Origin: Shigella phage JK42
DNA length: 64,000 nucleotides
Strand: one strand, 5' to 3'
Sequence record: MK962756
Shown: positions 36,241-44,876 of the stretch, one piece after another
Layout: the number at the start of each line of letters is the position of its first letter
Position numbering within the stretch: the stretch's first letter is position 1
Notes under the pieces: model-generated
What the model saw: only the letters and a program-made list of their open reading frames with translations
The model's database searches: none
Told to the model about the DNA's origin: nothing
Made by a program: the position numbers and the translations under genes

Positions 36241-37929
36241 TTATGAAACAGTCATTACAGTAAATCGTCCAACTTTGCTCATTTGCAAATGTTGTCCATA
36301 ACGTTGAGGGTCATGGTCCCTATGAGAAATAATGAACACGTTAGTATTTTGTAAACTTCCAAGAATGGTATCTATAGCCTTAACAGCTTCAGAATCAACT
36401 GCCCCATCAAAAACCTCATCAAGAATCAGAGTGTTGATTTTAACACCAGAGACCTTTTCAGCAATATCTCGCCATGTAAACAACAACGCGATATCAATGC
36501 GTGCTTTTTCACCTTGACTAAATGAAGCATAACTAAAATCTTCACGACCACGTGATTTTATAGATTCATTGAATTCTTCATCAATAGAAAACACGTAATC
36601 GGCTTCCATAATTTTAAGATAATGGTTAATCTGCTTGTTGAACAGAGGCACATATTTTTTAATGATAGCACCTTTAATACCAGAATCTTTTAACATATCT
36701 GTGATAATACCACGATGGTATTTTTCAAGAACGATATCCGATTTTGTTTTAATGATTTTATCAAGTTCTTTTTGAAGCAAAGCTATCTCATCGGCATGGT
36801 CGATAAATTCTGCTGAGGCTTGCTCTATTGCAGCTTTAACTTTCTTAGCTTTATCAATAGTGGCAATCATTGCTTGTTTCTTGGTACGAATATCAGATGC
36901 AAGGTCCTGCTTAGTCTTAACATTAGCTCTATATTCATCAACTAGGACACTCAGGTTATCTCTGTGACATGTAAGTTGCTCGAATGAGTGATTACATTCG
37001 TGAAGCTTATCGGTAATCTTAGAGACAATAGGGTCACCCTGGTGCAACTGTGATGCGCAAGTAGGACATGTACCGCCATCGTGATACATCTTAATAACTT
37101 TGTTGTATGAGTCGATTTTAGATTTAATCAAGAATGCTTCTTGTCCTATCTTGTTGAATGCCTCAGTAGGGTCTTCATCAAGAACGATATTAAGTAGTCG
37201 CTCATTAGCTTCTTCGATTTCTGCTTTTAATGAACGAGCTTCTTTGGCTAGGTCGTCATACATATTCTGTAGACGCGCTACATTATCACCAGATAATTTC
37301 TTTTGACGTTCGATATTCTCGTTATAAATCTTAATTTGTTGGATAACACCATCTTTCTTAGCATCGAGAACTTGTCCCTGGGAATTAAGTTCTCGAACTT
37401 GAGACTTATTGATTTTATCCATTTCAGCGAGTGTGCCGACTTCTAAAAGGTCTTCGACAAGTTTTCTACGAGCAGGGGTGCTAAGAGCCATGAAAGGGGT
37501 ATACCCTGCCGTCCCAAGCACAACGATCTGTTTAAAAGACGCGTATGACATTCCGATGCTACGTTCAAATTCTTCTTGGAAGTCACGACTGCTGGCAGAT
37601 TCATCGAGACGAACACCGTCAACGGAGATTTCGAAAATATTGGGCTTTTGGCCGCGTCTAATGAAGTATTTTTTATCATCGAATTCCATCCAAAGCTCAA
37701 CTAAGAGCTCTTTCTTGTTCGTGCTATTAATGATTTGTCCTTTCTTAACATCACGAAATGGTTTACCGAAAAGTCCGAAAGTAATGGCTTCTAACATCGT
37801 AGATTTACCACCGCCATTTTTACCAGTGATTAATGTCTTTTGGACTTTATCTAATTGGATATCAATAGGATTCCCACCTACCGACATGATGTTTTGATAA
37901 CGAACACGATTTAATTTAAATGATTTCAT
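36241..37929 (-). CDS. 46: recombination endonuclease subunit (Rad50/SbcC-like ATPase)
   Basis: 562 aa; Walker A GKNGGGKST, coiled-coil middle, CPTC zinc hook, C-terminal ABC signature region. Confidence 0.88.
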   Translation of the reverse strand: MKSFKLNRVRYQNIMSVGGNPIDIQLDKVQKTLITGKNGGGKSTMLEAITFGLFGKPFRDVKKGQIINSTNKKELLVELWMEFDDKKYFIRRGQKPNIFEISVDGVRLDESASSRDFQEEFERSIGMSYASFKQIVVLGTAGYTPFMALSTPARRKLVEDLLEVGTLAEMDKINKSQVRELNSQGQVLDAKKDGVIQQIKIYNENIERQKKLSGDNVARLQNMYDDLAKEARSLKAEIEEANERLLNIVLDEDPTEAFNKIGQEAFLIKSKIDSYNKVIKMYHDGGTCPTCASQLHQGDPIVSKITDKLHECNHSFEQLTCHRDNLSVLVDEYRANVKTKQDLASDIRTKKQAMIATIDKAKKVKAAIEQASAEFIDHADEIALLQKELDKIIKTKSDIVLEKYHRGIITDMLKDSGIKGAIIKKYVPLFNKQINHYLKIMEADYVFSIDEEFNESIKSRGREDFSYASFSQGEKARIDIALLFTWRDIAEKVSGVKINTLILDEVFDGAVDSEAVKAIDTILGSLQNTNVFIISHRDHDPQRYGQHLQMSKVGRFTVMTVS

Positions 37930-38180
37930 ATGTATTCTCTTCGAATGAAGTCCTCTACATATTTTAACATGTCATCTCTATCAGCAAAATATTCATCTAG
38001 TTCCGCATACATAACAACACCTGGTGCATACTCGCAAGTAACATACATTGTTCCAAAGAAACGAGGAGTTGATTCCTCGTAATTCTCAGTCCATTCAACG
38101 ATACCAATATAACCGTCACCAATACTAAATTCATGACGATGGATTTCATAATCAGTCTTCGCCATTATACGCATCCTCAA
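37926..38180 (-). CDS. hypothetical small protein
   Basis: 84-aa ORF. Confidence 0.4.
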   Translation of the reverse strand: MRMRIMAKTDYEIHRHEFSIGDGYIGIVEWTENYEESTPRFFGTMYVTCEYAPGVVMYAELDEYFADRDDMLKYVEDFIRREYI

Positions 38181-38409
38181 TACACGCTTCAGCCATTTTA
38201 AGAATAGAGCCGGGAGTATCGTTGTCCATTATATTAAAGCTAAATTCAATAGCCCAGTCGGTGCAGACATGAACTGCTTTAACTTCATTGCCTTCAACGC
38301 GTAATGGCTCAATCCAATACTTGATAGTGTTCTCGAATCCATCATCGTCTTTAACGTCCATTTCAACTTCAAGTCCAAGCCCAGCATTATTAAATTCATC
38401 TAAAGTCAT
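38152..38409 (-). CDS. hypothetical small acidic protein
   Basis: 85-aa ORF. Confidence 0.4.
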   Translation of the reverse strand: MTLDEFNNAGLGLEVEMDVKDDDGFENTIKYWIEPLRVEGNEVKAVHVCTDWAIEFSFNIMDNDTPGSILKMAEACIEDAYNGED

Positions 38410-39425
38410 TGTGTTGCCTCAATATAAAGTTCGTTGGAATATTTGACCAGCGCTTCTCTGTCTTCGTCTGAGATATCTGGAATCGCGTCAATATATTCTT
38501 TAATGATATCTTGAAGTGATTTAATCTCGATTTCCTGGTCATCATCAGATTCAACACTGTTATCAACTTTAGAAACCATACGAAGAGAGTGAACTACTTT
38601 TTCAAGTTCAGATTCAAACTTAGTCAACTCTGAATCAATTTCTGATACTATAACACGTACGGCTAGATTAGTATAATCAGAATAATTAATTTTGCCTTTA
38701 AACGGATAAGTGATTCGTCGATGCCATGTTGTTTCATTAGGAATAAATTCCATACGTTCAACATCAGTGTCAAATACCCAGAATCCGCGTGGGTCGTTCT
38801 CATCGCCTGCAGTAAGGGTCCATGGTGTCCCAATATATTTGACGTTAGCAGCTTCAGAGATTGTGTGGAAGTGGCCGGACCAGACTTGTTTATAGGTCTT
38901 TAAGAAATCAGGTTCAAGCCCATGAGACTTCATTCCTTTATAGAAATAAAAGCCATTCAGTTCCCAGTGCCCAACACAATACGCTGCGGAAGAAGTCTTG
39001 ATGTGCTCTAAGATTTCACCTGTATTTTCTTCACACATCCATGGAACGATATCAATCAGACATCCGTCAAAATCTACAGTAGTTGGATGTTCATAAATAG
39101 TAAAGTTTTCAAATTGAGTTAACAATTCAGAAACAGTGTTAGGTGTTATTGTATTCTTAAACGCCATGTCATGGTTTCCTATCGTGACATGAACGTGAAT
39201 GCCTGCTTTAGAAATCATATCAACGATTTCACGATTGAATTCCATTGTACGATGTGTTATTGCTTTACGGACGTCAAACCAATCACCGTACTGAATCCAA
39301 GTTTTAATCCCGTGTTTCTTAGAGTATTCAATTGCTTGACGAATACCATCACGTTGAATATCTTGAACCCATGGGTCGTCTTGTTTGACTCCGATATGGA
39401 AGTCGCCTAAGTGCAAAATTTTCAT
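38406..39425 (-). CDS. 47: recombination endonuclease subunit (Mre11/SbcD-like)
   Basis: 339 aa; MKILHLGDFHIGVK... phosphoesterase motifs GDWFD, GNHD; matches remembered T4 gp47. Confidence 0.9.
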   Translation of the reverse strand: MKILHLGDFHIGVKQDDPWVQDIQRDGIRQAIEYSKKHGIKTWIQYGDWFDVRKAITHRTMEFNREIVDMISKAGIHVHVTIGNHDMAFKNTITPNTVSELLTQFENFTIYEHPTTVDFDGCLIDIVPWMCEENTGEILEHIKTSSAAYCVGHWELNGFYFYKGMKSHGLEPDFLKTYKQVWSGHFHTISEAANVKYIGTPWTLTAGDENDPRGFWVFDTDVERMEFIPNETTWHRRITYPFKGKINYSDYTNLAVRVIVSEIDSELTKFESELEKVVHSLRMVSKVDNSVESDDDQEIEIKSLQDIIKEYIDAIPDISDEDREALVKYSNELYIEATQ

Positions 39426-39477
39426 ATTATTTCCTCATTAGTTAATTCATTTTATCATCCATTTATAAAGCAAAAAA

Positions 39478-39495
39478 GGAACTCCGAAGAGTTCC
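39478..39495 (-). terminator. intrinsic terminator GGAACTC-CGAA-GAGTTCC plus U6
   Basis: 7-bp stem; minus strand continues UUUUUUGCU. Confidence 0.55.
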
Positions 39496-39668
39496 TATCC
39501 ACATAGTACACCGTACAGAGGCTCATTTGAACTTTTAAATCGAATGGGCTTGTATGTAATAGTTCCTTCGGCTTTAGCTTTATCATAAGACTCTTTAAAA
39601 CGTCTCATTCTTTCTGCTTTGCCTTTACGGATTTTATCGAAATTTTCAGAAGTCGGGATGTTCGTCAT
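39495..39668 (-). CDS. small hypothetical protein
   Basis: Hand translation: MTNIPTSENFDKIRKGKAERMRRFKESYDKAKAEGTITYKPIRFKSSNEPLYGVLCG (57 aa); stop abuts the terminator. Confidence 0.3.
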   Translation of the reverse strand: MTNIPTSENFDKIRKGKAERMRRFKESYDKAKAEGTITYKPIRFKSSNEPLYGVLCG

Positions 39669-39707
39669 GCATAAGCACCTCTCAGAAAATACCTAAATCG
39701 ATTTCTC

Positions 39708-39914
39708 TCATCGTTTCCACCATTTCTTAACTTGAAATGAATCGACCCATACGAGTTGTTTTGGGTCTGCCTTTACAATAGGCGGACAAATTTCTGTAAT
39801 AGAACCGTCGTGATATTCCTTTTCAGAAATTTTAACGCAAAGAGGACCACTCAATTTAAGGGTGAACCCTGCGTTCAGCTTCAGACGTTTAAACTTTGTT
39901 TGAACTAGCGCCAT
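39708..39914 (-). CDS. hypothetical small protein
   Basis: ORF-track 39708..39929 shortened to an internal ATG to avoid overlap. Confidence 0.35.
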   Translation of the reverse strand: MALVQTKFKRLKLNAGFTLKLSGPLCVKISEKEYHDGSITEICPPIVKADPKQLVWVDSFQVKKWWKR

Positions 39915-40212
39915 TAATGATGTCCTCAATAGCCTGACGAGTAGTAATCCACTGGATTTTAATTAACTTGTCATTATATGGTTGTCGTAGAATATCCCGA
40001 GATTTCTTAATAGCATATTCATAAGCTTCGAAGTTGTTTTGAATTGCTGCTTCTTGAGCATGAGCATAAAGACGGTTTAGTTCAAAACGATTCTTTTTAA
40101 GAATCTTTTCAGATTTTTTACGTGCTTCAGCTTCATTTTTCTTTTGGATTTCTTGTAGCATTTTAGCTACTGCATCTTCTGCTTCTTTATTTTCAATAAT
40201 CTCGGTAGTCAT
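39889..40212 (-). CDS. hypothetical protein
   Basis: 107-aa ORF, Lys/Glu-rich. Confidence 0.45.
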   Translation of the reverse strand: MTTEIIENKEAEDAVAKMLQEIQKKNEAEARKKSEKILKKNRFELNRLYAHAQEAAIQNNFEAYEYAIKKSRDILRQPYNDKLIKIQWITTRQAIEDIINGASSNKV

Positions 40213-40213
40213 A

Positions 40214-40423
40214 TTATCTCATTAAATTAAAATAAAAACGTCCGTCCTCTTCAATACAGAACTCGTACTCAACCGGGGTCCCATTTATCGAAAATGACAC
40301 GTCATGTGGGTTCAAAGGGTCGATGTCAAAATTAATTTTAAATTCTCGACCCAACAGTTTTACCAAATAAGGGATTGCTTCGTCAAAAGGTTCTTCTAAG
40401 TAGTTAGAGATGTCAATTGTCAT
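40214..40423 (-). CDS. hypothetical small protein
   Basis: ORF-track 40214..40507 shortened to an internal ATG near the gene 55 stop. Confidence 0.35.
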   Translation of the reverse strand: MTIDISNYLEEPFDEAIPYLVKLLGREFKINFDIDPLNPHDVSFSINGTPVEYEFCIEEDGRFYFNLMR

Positions 40424-40970
40424 CCTCATATAAAAAATCCAAACTAGGCGAATCGCTAACAACTTCCTTCTTTTCAGCCCCAGGAGCTTTATAAGCGGAT
40501 TCTTCATAATGCGTCATTTTATCGTAGATGTCTTGAATAAACGTTTCATCTACCAACGCTACCATATCATCGTCATGACTGTCGTAGACATTATGAACGA
40601 AGTAACTATATTTCTTTGCAACTTCCTTACGTTCTTTTTTGATACGTTGGACAAAAGCATTAAAACAAGCTCGAGTTATGTATGCATGTGGGTTATTGTA
40701 CTTAGTTTCGTCGAAATTATGAAGTCCCTTAATAGAGGCTTCAATCCCATCTGCAATCATCTCCTGCTTCCAAGACTGGGTATATCCTGAAAAGTTGAAA
40801 CGTTTGGACAGGCCTTCGGCGATAAGCATAATTGCTAAACCGATGGTATCATTCTGACGAATAATTTTGTTTGGGTCTTTATTATTTAAGAGCTCCTTTT
40901 TCCACTCGATTATAGCGGCGAGAAGCTCTTTATTATTCACATAGTTATTTTTAGGTTTTTGTTCAGTCAT
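40413..40970 (-). CDS. 55: late-transcription sigma factor
   Basis: ...[74 protein letters not shown]... matches remembered T4 gp55 nearly residue for residue; start set at the Met aligning with the T4 start. Confidence 0.88.
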   Translation of the reverse strand: MTEQKPKNNYVNNKELLAAIIEWKKELLNNKDPNKIIRQNDTIGLAIMLIAEGLSKRFNFSGYTQSWKQEMIADGIEASIKGLHNFDETKYNNPHAYITRACFNAFVQRIKKERKEVAKKYSYFVHNVYDSHDDDMVALVDETFIQDIYDKMTHYEESAYKAPGAEKKEVVSDSPSLDFLYEDDN

Positions 40971-41042
40971 AAGTACCTCTTGGCTCAATTCATAGGTCTA
41001 TTATATCATAATATTTAGAGACCTATCTTAAAGCACGAGATA

Positions 41043-41312
41043 CTATCGGAGCAAACAATAAGCCTGAAACACTTTTTCCATTAAACGTTTGAACTCATGG
41101 ATATCGATATAAAGCTCAGTAAGACCGGCATTATAAAGAAAATCTAAAAAGTTCTCATGTGTTTCGTTATAGTCGCCTTCGTTTAATTGAGATACATGAG
41201 TTTCCCAAAAACCAACACCTTTAACGAATGGAAAATACGTGACTTTCATGTATTCGTCAACATAAAATTCGCCCAGCTTTTCTTCAGTTATACTGATTCG
41301 AGTTAATTTCAT
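41043..41312 (-). CDS. hypothetical small protein
   Basis: 89-aa ORF. Confidence 0.4.
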   Translation of the reverse strand: MKLTRISITEEKLGEFYVDEYMKVTYFPFVKGVGFWETHVSQLNEGDYNETHENFLDFLYNAGLTELYIDIHEFKRLMEKVFQAYCLLR

Positions 41313-41536
41313 TCTAGTTCCTTTGCTGCTTCAAGAGCAGCATCCAGCGAATCAAATTGGTCAACGAAATCAATATTCAACGCATCGTCAACCGTAGCAT
41401 ATAACCACCATTGTTTGAATTCGTATTCTAGAATAAATCCAGGACCTTCAATCTGAGGAAGACCTAGACTATTTGTACCAACTTCGTAACCAGCTAGACG
41501 CAGGTCATTAATCAAAGTTTCTGTTAATACGCTCAT
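41309..41536 (-). CDS. hypothetical small acidic protein
   Basis: 75-aa ORF. Confidence 0.4.
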   Translation of the reverse strand: MSVLTETLINDLRLAGYEVGTNSLGLPQIEGPGFILEYEFKQWWLYATVDDALNIDFVDQFDSLDAALEAAKELE

Positions 41537-41913
41537 TTTACCGCCTTAACAATTTTAAGGTCAACGAATTTTTTCTTACGTTGATTTTTCATACGACGGA
41601 TAGTCTTTTCAGAGATTTCATGTTTCTGATAAGCTTTAGATTCAACACCAAATGCAGCAACGTCAAATTCAGAAAGAATATATTGTACTAGAATTTCACG
41701 AATAGAATTACGTCCAATTTTCTGGTTGTGTTTTTGCATGATTTCATAAAGACGGAATTCCCATGCGTCAAGAACTTGAGGAGTAACAATATTGCCAGAT
41801 TCCAGAAGAGCAACAACTTTATCGAAAGCGAAAGAATTAACTACGTTTTTGATTTTAGTAGACATATTATTTTCCTCGGTTATTTTATTATCCAACGAGA
41901 GAATTATACTCAT
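41533..41913 (-). CDS. hypothetical protein
   Basis: 126-aa ORF, basic C-terminus. Confidence 0.45.
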   Translation of the reverse strand: MSIILSLDNKITEENNMSTKIKNVVNSFAFDKVVALLESGNIVTPQVLDAWEFRLYEIMQKHNQKIGRNSIREILVQYILSEFDVAAFGVESKAYQKHEISEKTIRRMKNQRKKKFVDLKIVKAVK

Positions 41914-41931
41914 CTCTCAAGAGTTTGTATA

Positions 41932-42171
41932 CTATTTTTTAAGCATGAAAAGTAAGTAATTTGTATCACGTGGAGTAATATCAACACCCATATCAAAGAT
42001 GCCTTTATAGATTGGGTATTTGTTTTCGGTTGTATCGAAGCTGAAACTATTTCCATCACATCTAACAGTAATAGCATCTGTTAAAATGTCATACTCAATC
42101 CTAACAATTGAATCCCCAATTTTAACGTCGAGGTGTTTTTTGAATTTGATAAAATCTAATTCTTGGGCCAT
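41932..42171 (-). CDS. hypothetical small protein
   Basis: 79-aa ORF. Confidence 0.4.
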   Translation of the reverse strand: MAQELDFIKFKKHLDVKIGDSIVRIEYDILTDAITVRCDGNSFSFDTTENKYPIYKGIFDMGVDITPRDTNYLLFMLKK

Positions 42172-42234
42172 GATATTTTCCTCATTTTAAGACGATAGGA
42201 AGTCATGTTATTATCTTCCTATCGTTGTACATTA

Positions 42235-42447
42235 TTAACCGAACTTTTTAGCGCCTTTCCAGCCTTCGTACATAACTGCGCAAGTCAATAGCACGGCATG
42301 TTGGCATTCTTTGTATTTGTAAATCCAGAACCAGCGTAAAAAGTCTTCATCCTCAACACCGTTGAGTTTCATATTGGCAAAGAATTCGGCACGTTCTTCA
42401 CGAAGCTTTTGCGATAACATAGATTCAGGATTCATTTTGTGTTCCAC
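42235..42447 (-). CDS. hypothetical small protein
   Basis: 70-aa ORF. Confidence 0.4.
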   Translation of the reverse strand: MEHKMNPESMLSQKLREERAEFFANMKLNGVEDEDFLRWFWIYKYKECQHAVLLTCAVMYEGWKGAKKFG

Positions 42448-42566
42448 GCCCCATTTTCATCGATGAACTTAATCCAGTCATTTACAGACCATTTAGTTGT
42501 ATCACCCTTTGGATTAACATTTAAAGTATATAATCCCTGCTTAAAAAGCATTCGTTTGATATTCAT
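42432..42566 (-). CDS. hypothetical small protein
   Basis: ORF-track 42432..42659 shortened to the internal ATG at 42566, which has GAGGA upstream. Confidence 0.3.
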   Translation of the reverse strand: MNIKRMLFKQGLYTLNVNPKGDTTKWSVNDWIKFIDENGAWNTK

Positions 42567-42573
42567 AATTTCC

Positions 42574-42867
42574 TCAACTGTAACGATAACATTCGTTAGC
42601 TTTACGTTTGGCTTCAGTATGAGAAGTATTATAATCATACTCTTCTTTACTGTAAACATCTTTTTTCAACTTACGAACTTCTTTGCGGAGTTGTCGATTC
42701 ATTTCGTTCTTGACTTCAGAATCAACGCCTTTCATACGTTTCCATTTATCTGAGCGGAAGATGTTTTCAACCATGTCTTTGTGGCTAACACCGTCAGGAG
42801 CTTTACGCTTACCAAAATAGTCGTAATCGCGAACTTTCAAATCTTTACGACGATATGTTTTACCCAT
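42574..42867 (-). CDS. hypothetical basic protein
   Basis: 97-aa ORF, Lys/Arg-rich. Confidence 0.4.
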   Translation of the reverse strand: MGKTYRRKDLKVRDYDYFGKRKAPDGVSHKDMVENIFRSDKWKRMKGVDSEVKNEMNRQLRKEVRKLKKDVYSKEEYDYNTSHTEAKRKANECYRYS

Positions 42868-42874
42868 AAGTACC

Positions 42875-43123
42875 TCAGAGGTTGATTGATACGATGCGTT
42901 TGATAAAATTCACTTCACTTACTGAAAGGTCTTTAAGACCGATTGATTCTAAACGCTGAGTAAGCGTCAACATCGGGATATAATCCCAATGAGTTTTATT
43001 TGCTTGATAAGTACGAACGCCATTAGCAATTTCAACATGCAAATCGGAAATGGTAATGAATACCGGATGCTCGTCGTTAACTTTAAGGGTTAGAACAACC
43101 TTCTTTGAATCTAAACTAATCAT
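42875..43123 (-). CDS. hypothetical small protein
   Basis: 82-aa ORF. Confidence 0.4.
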   Translation of the reverse strand: MISLDSKKVVLTLKVNDEHPVFITISDLHVEIANGVRTYQANKTHWDYIPMLTLTQRLESIGLKDLSVSEVNFIKRIVSINL

Positions 43124-43302
43124 GGCTTAATTTCCTTCGCAATTGAACAGAAGATACCACGGTCACAAAGCATTTCACCAATTTCTGGATATTTGATTGA
43201 ACGGTACCAAACATCCAGGCTTGAAACTCTGGTTATCTGTACGGCATTACCATTGACAGAATAGTACTGGTCAACCTTAATTTCTTTATCTTCAATTGTC
43301 AT
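43120..43302 (-). CDS. hypothetical small protein
   Basis: 60-aa ORF. Confidence 0.4.
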   Translation of the reverse strand: MTIEDKEIKVDQYYSVNGNAVQITRVSSLDVWYRSIKYPEIGEMLCDRGIFCSIAKEIKP

Positions 43303-43453
43303 TTTATTTTCCTCTATAGTAGATGGTTTATAATCTTAACACATTTATTGAGGATGTAAACTGTTTTATGAAAATATTTTTTGATTTGAGAGGGGCACAA
43401 GGAGGTAGTGAAGTGAAGATTCCAATGGATTATATTAGAAATGAGATAAAGAA

Positions 43454-43472
43454 GACCAGGCGGCACCTGGTC
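43454..43472 (-). terminator. hairpin GACCAGG-CGGCA-CCTGGTC
   Basis: 7-bp stem overlapping the stop of the nrdH-like gene; a moderately U-rich tract follows on the minus strand. Confidence 0.4.
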
Positions 43473-43797
43473 AATCTTCTATGATATCAGAGTCATATCC
43501 TAATGAAATCAAGGACTTTTTAAACTCTGCAATATTCTTTTGTTTCTTATCATTTAAAAATATGACAGGATAACGAATATTAAGTGAAGTGAATCCTGCA
43601 CGTTTAGCAAGAGATACGATTAAAGGACGGTCATATTCAATCTTACCATTATTAGTGAGGACTTTATAAAATGTATAAGGAGCATTGAGCTCCTTTAAAA
43701 GTTTTGTAACAGTATAACATCCTGGACAACGTCCAACTTCTTCAGGGATGCCATAAATTTCAATCTTGTTCTTTAAGTTCGAGTTTTGTTCCACGAG
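43471..43797 (-). CDS. nrdH: glutaredoxin-like protein (CPGC redox motif)
   Basis: Contains IEIYGIPEEVGRCPGCYTV...; position upstream of nrdG/nrdD as for T4 nrdH; probable GTG start at ~43797 with AAGGA upstream. Confidence 0.5.
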   Translation of the reverse strand, partial: LVEQNSNLKNKIEIYGIPEEVGRCPGCYTVTKLLKELNAPYTFYKVLTNNGKIEYDRPLIVSLAKRAGFTSLNIRYPVIFLNDKKQKNIAEFKKSLISLGYDSDIIED

Positions 43798-44077
43798 AAA
43801 TAATTCCTTGGTAAGCCCAATAAGGAGGATTAACAGAATCCTCACCAGAGTTTTCTTCAGGAAAATAAACCTGGATAACGAAGCCGGATTCATCAAAGGT
43901 AAAATAAACCGTAGGCAGTTCACCTAACAAATCGGCACGAGCGTTGATTTCTTCGAGGTCTTGTTCACGTCCAGCCCAGAAGCTTGGGTTCAGACTACAT
44001 TCATAGAAATAATAGTCATTACCGAACATATCAAAACCATTCCAACTCTCTACTACATACCGCTCAAAACTAATCAT
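43760..44077 (-). CDS. hypothetical protein
   Basis: 105-aa ORF. Confidence 0.45.
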   Translation of the reverse strand: MISFERYVVESWNGFDMFGNDYYFYECSLNPSFWAGREQDLEEINARADLLGELPTVYFTFDESGFVIQVYFPEENSGEDSVNPPYWAYQGIISRGTKLELKEQD

Positions 44078-44079
44078 AA

Positions 44080-44295
44080 TTAAGCCTTTTTATCAAGAAC
44101 AGAATTCAGTTTATTAGTAATTTTGTCCAAACGTTCATTGAATTCGCTGGAGGATAAACCCTTTTCTGGAGAAATTAAACTAATCACGAAAAATACACCA
44201 GTAAAAGGAATAAGAAAAATAGCTCCAACTGCCATAAACAAAAAGAACGTTACAGTTGTAAGAAAATCAGCTAAACCTTTACGAAATTTGTACAT
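44080..44295 (-). CDS. small membrane protein
   Basis: 71 aa with a long hydrophobic segment. Confidence 0.45.
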   Translation of the reverse strand: MYKFRKGLADFLTTVTFFLFMAVGAIFLIPFTGVFFVISLISPEKGLSSSEFNERLDKITNKLNSVLDKKA

Positions 44296-44405
44296 ATTTA
44301 CCCTTAATTAACTAAGCATTGATAATCATTAAACTATATTGCGAATAAAATTCTGGACCAAAACGAAAAATCATATCATTTATAGTATCCATAATGTAAT
44401 TCAAT

Positions 44406-44876
44406 TTAATCATGTTTCCACACCCCATCGGTATTTGACCAAAGTCGCTGATTATCTGATCCTCGCCACAGCTTTTTAGTCGGAAGATTTTTCTCATACT
44501 TCCCATCAATAATAACATCAACATATTTAAGCATTTCTAGTTGTTTAATATCTTCAAACTTATATCCTGTCCACAACCAAATGCTTTTATTGGGATAAAG
44601 ATTTTTTACTGTTTGAGCAATGCAATGAATAACATCTCGGTTATCAGGATAGAGAGGGTCACCTCCGGTTATAGTTAATCCTTCTATATAATCATTATTC
44701 AAACATTCAATTAACTGTTCTAGTGTTTCACCAGTGAATGGAACACCATTTCTAGCATTCCATGTTGATTTATTATAACACCCTTCGCATTTATGCAAAC
44801 AACCCGTAACGAAAAGAACGACCCTGCATCCAGGGCCATTCACAAAATCGCAAGGATAAAATCTATCATAATTCAT
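44406..44876 (-). CDS. nrdG: anaerobic ribonucleotide reductase activating protein (radical SAM)
   Basis: 156 aa; Cys cluster CLHKCEGCYN and overall NrdG-like sequence. Confidence 0.88.
   Translation of the reverse strand: MNYDRFYPCDFVNGPGCRVVLFVTGCLHKCEGCYNKSTWNARNGVPFTGETLEQLIECLNNDYIEGLTITGGDPLYPDNRDVIHCIAQTVKNLYPNKSIWLWTGYKFEDIKQLEMLKYVDVIIDGKYEKNLPTKKLWRGSDNQRLWSNTDGVWKHD

Noticed and set aside
39426-39707. Possible MotA-box middle promoter (TGCTTTA about 12 nt upstream of a TAnnnT -10) upstream of gene 47
   Set aside because: The motif overlaps the U-tract of the adjacent terminator and spacing is uncertain without a transcript map; too speculative to list as a feature.
43358-43474. 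38-aa plus-strand ORF in the spacer upstream of 43120..43302
   Set aside because: It overlaps a minus-strand promoter and terminator hairpin, has no ribosome-binding site and is very short; likely non-coding.
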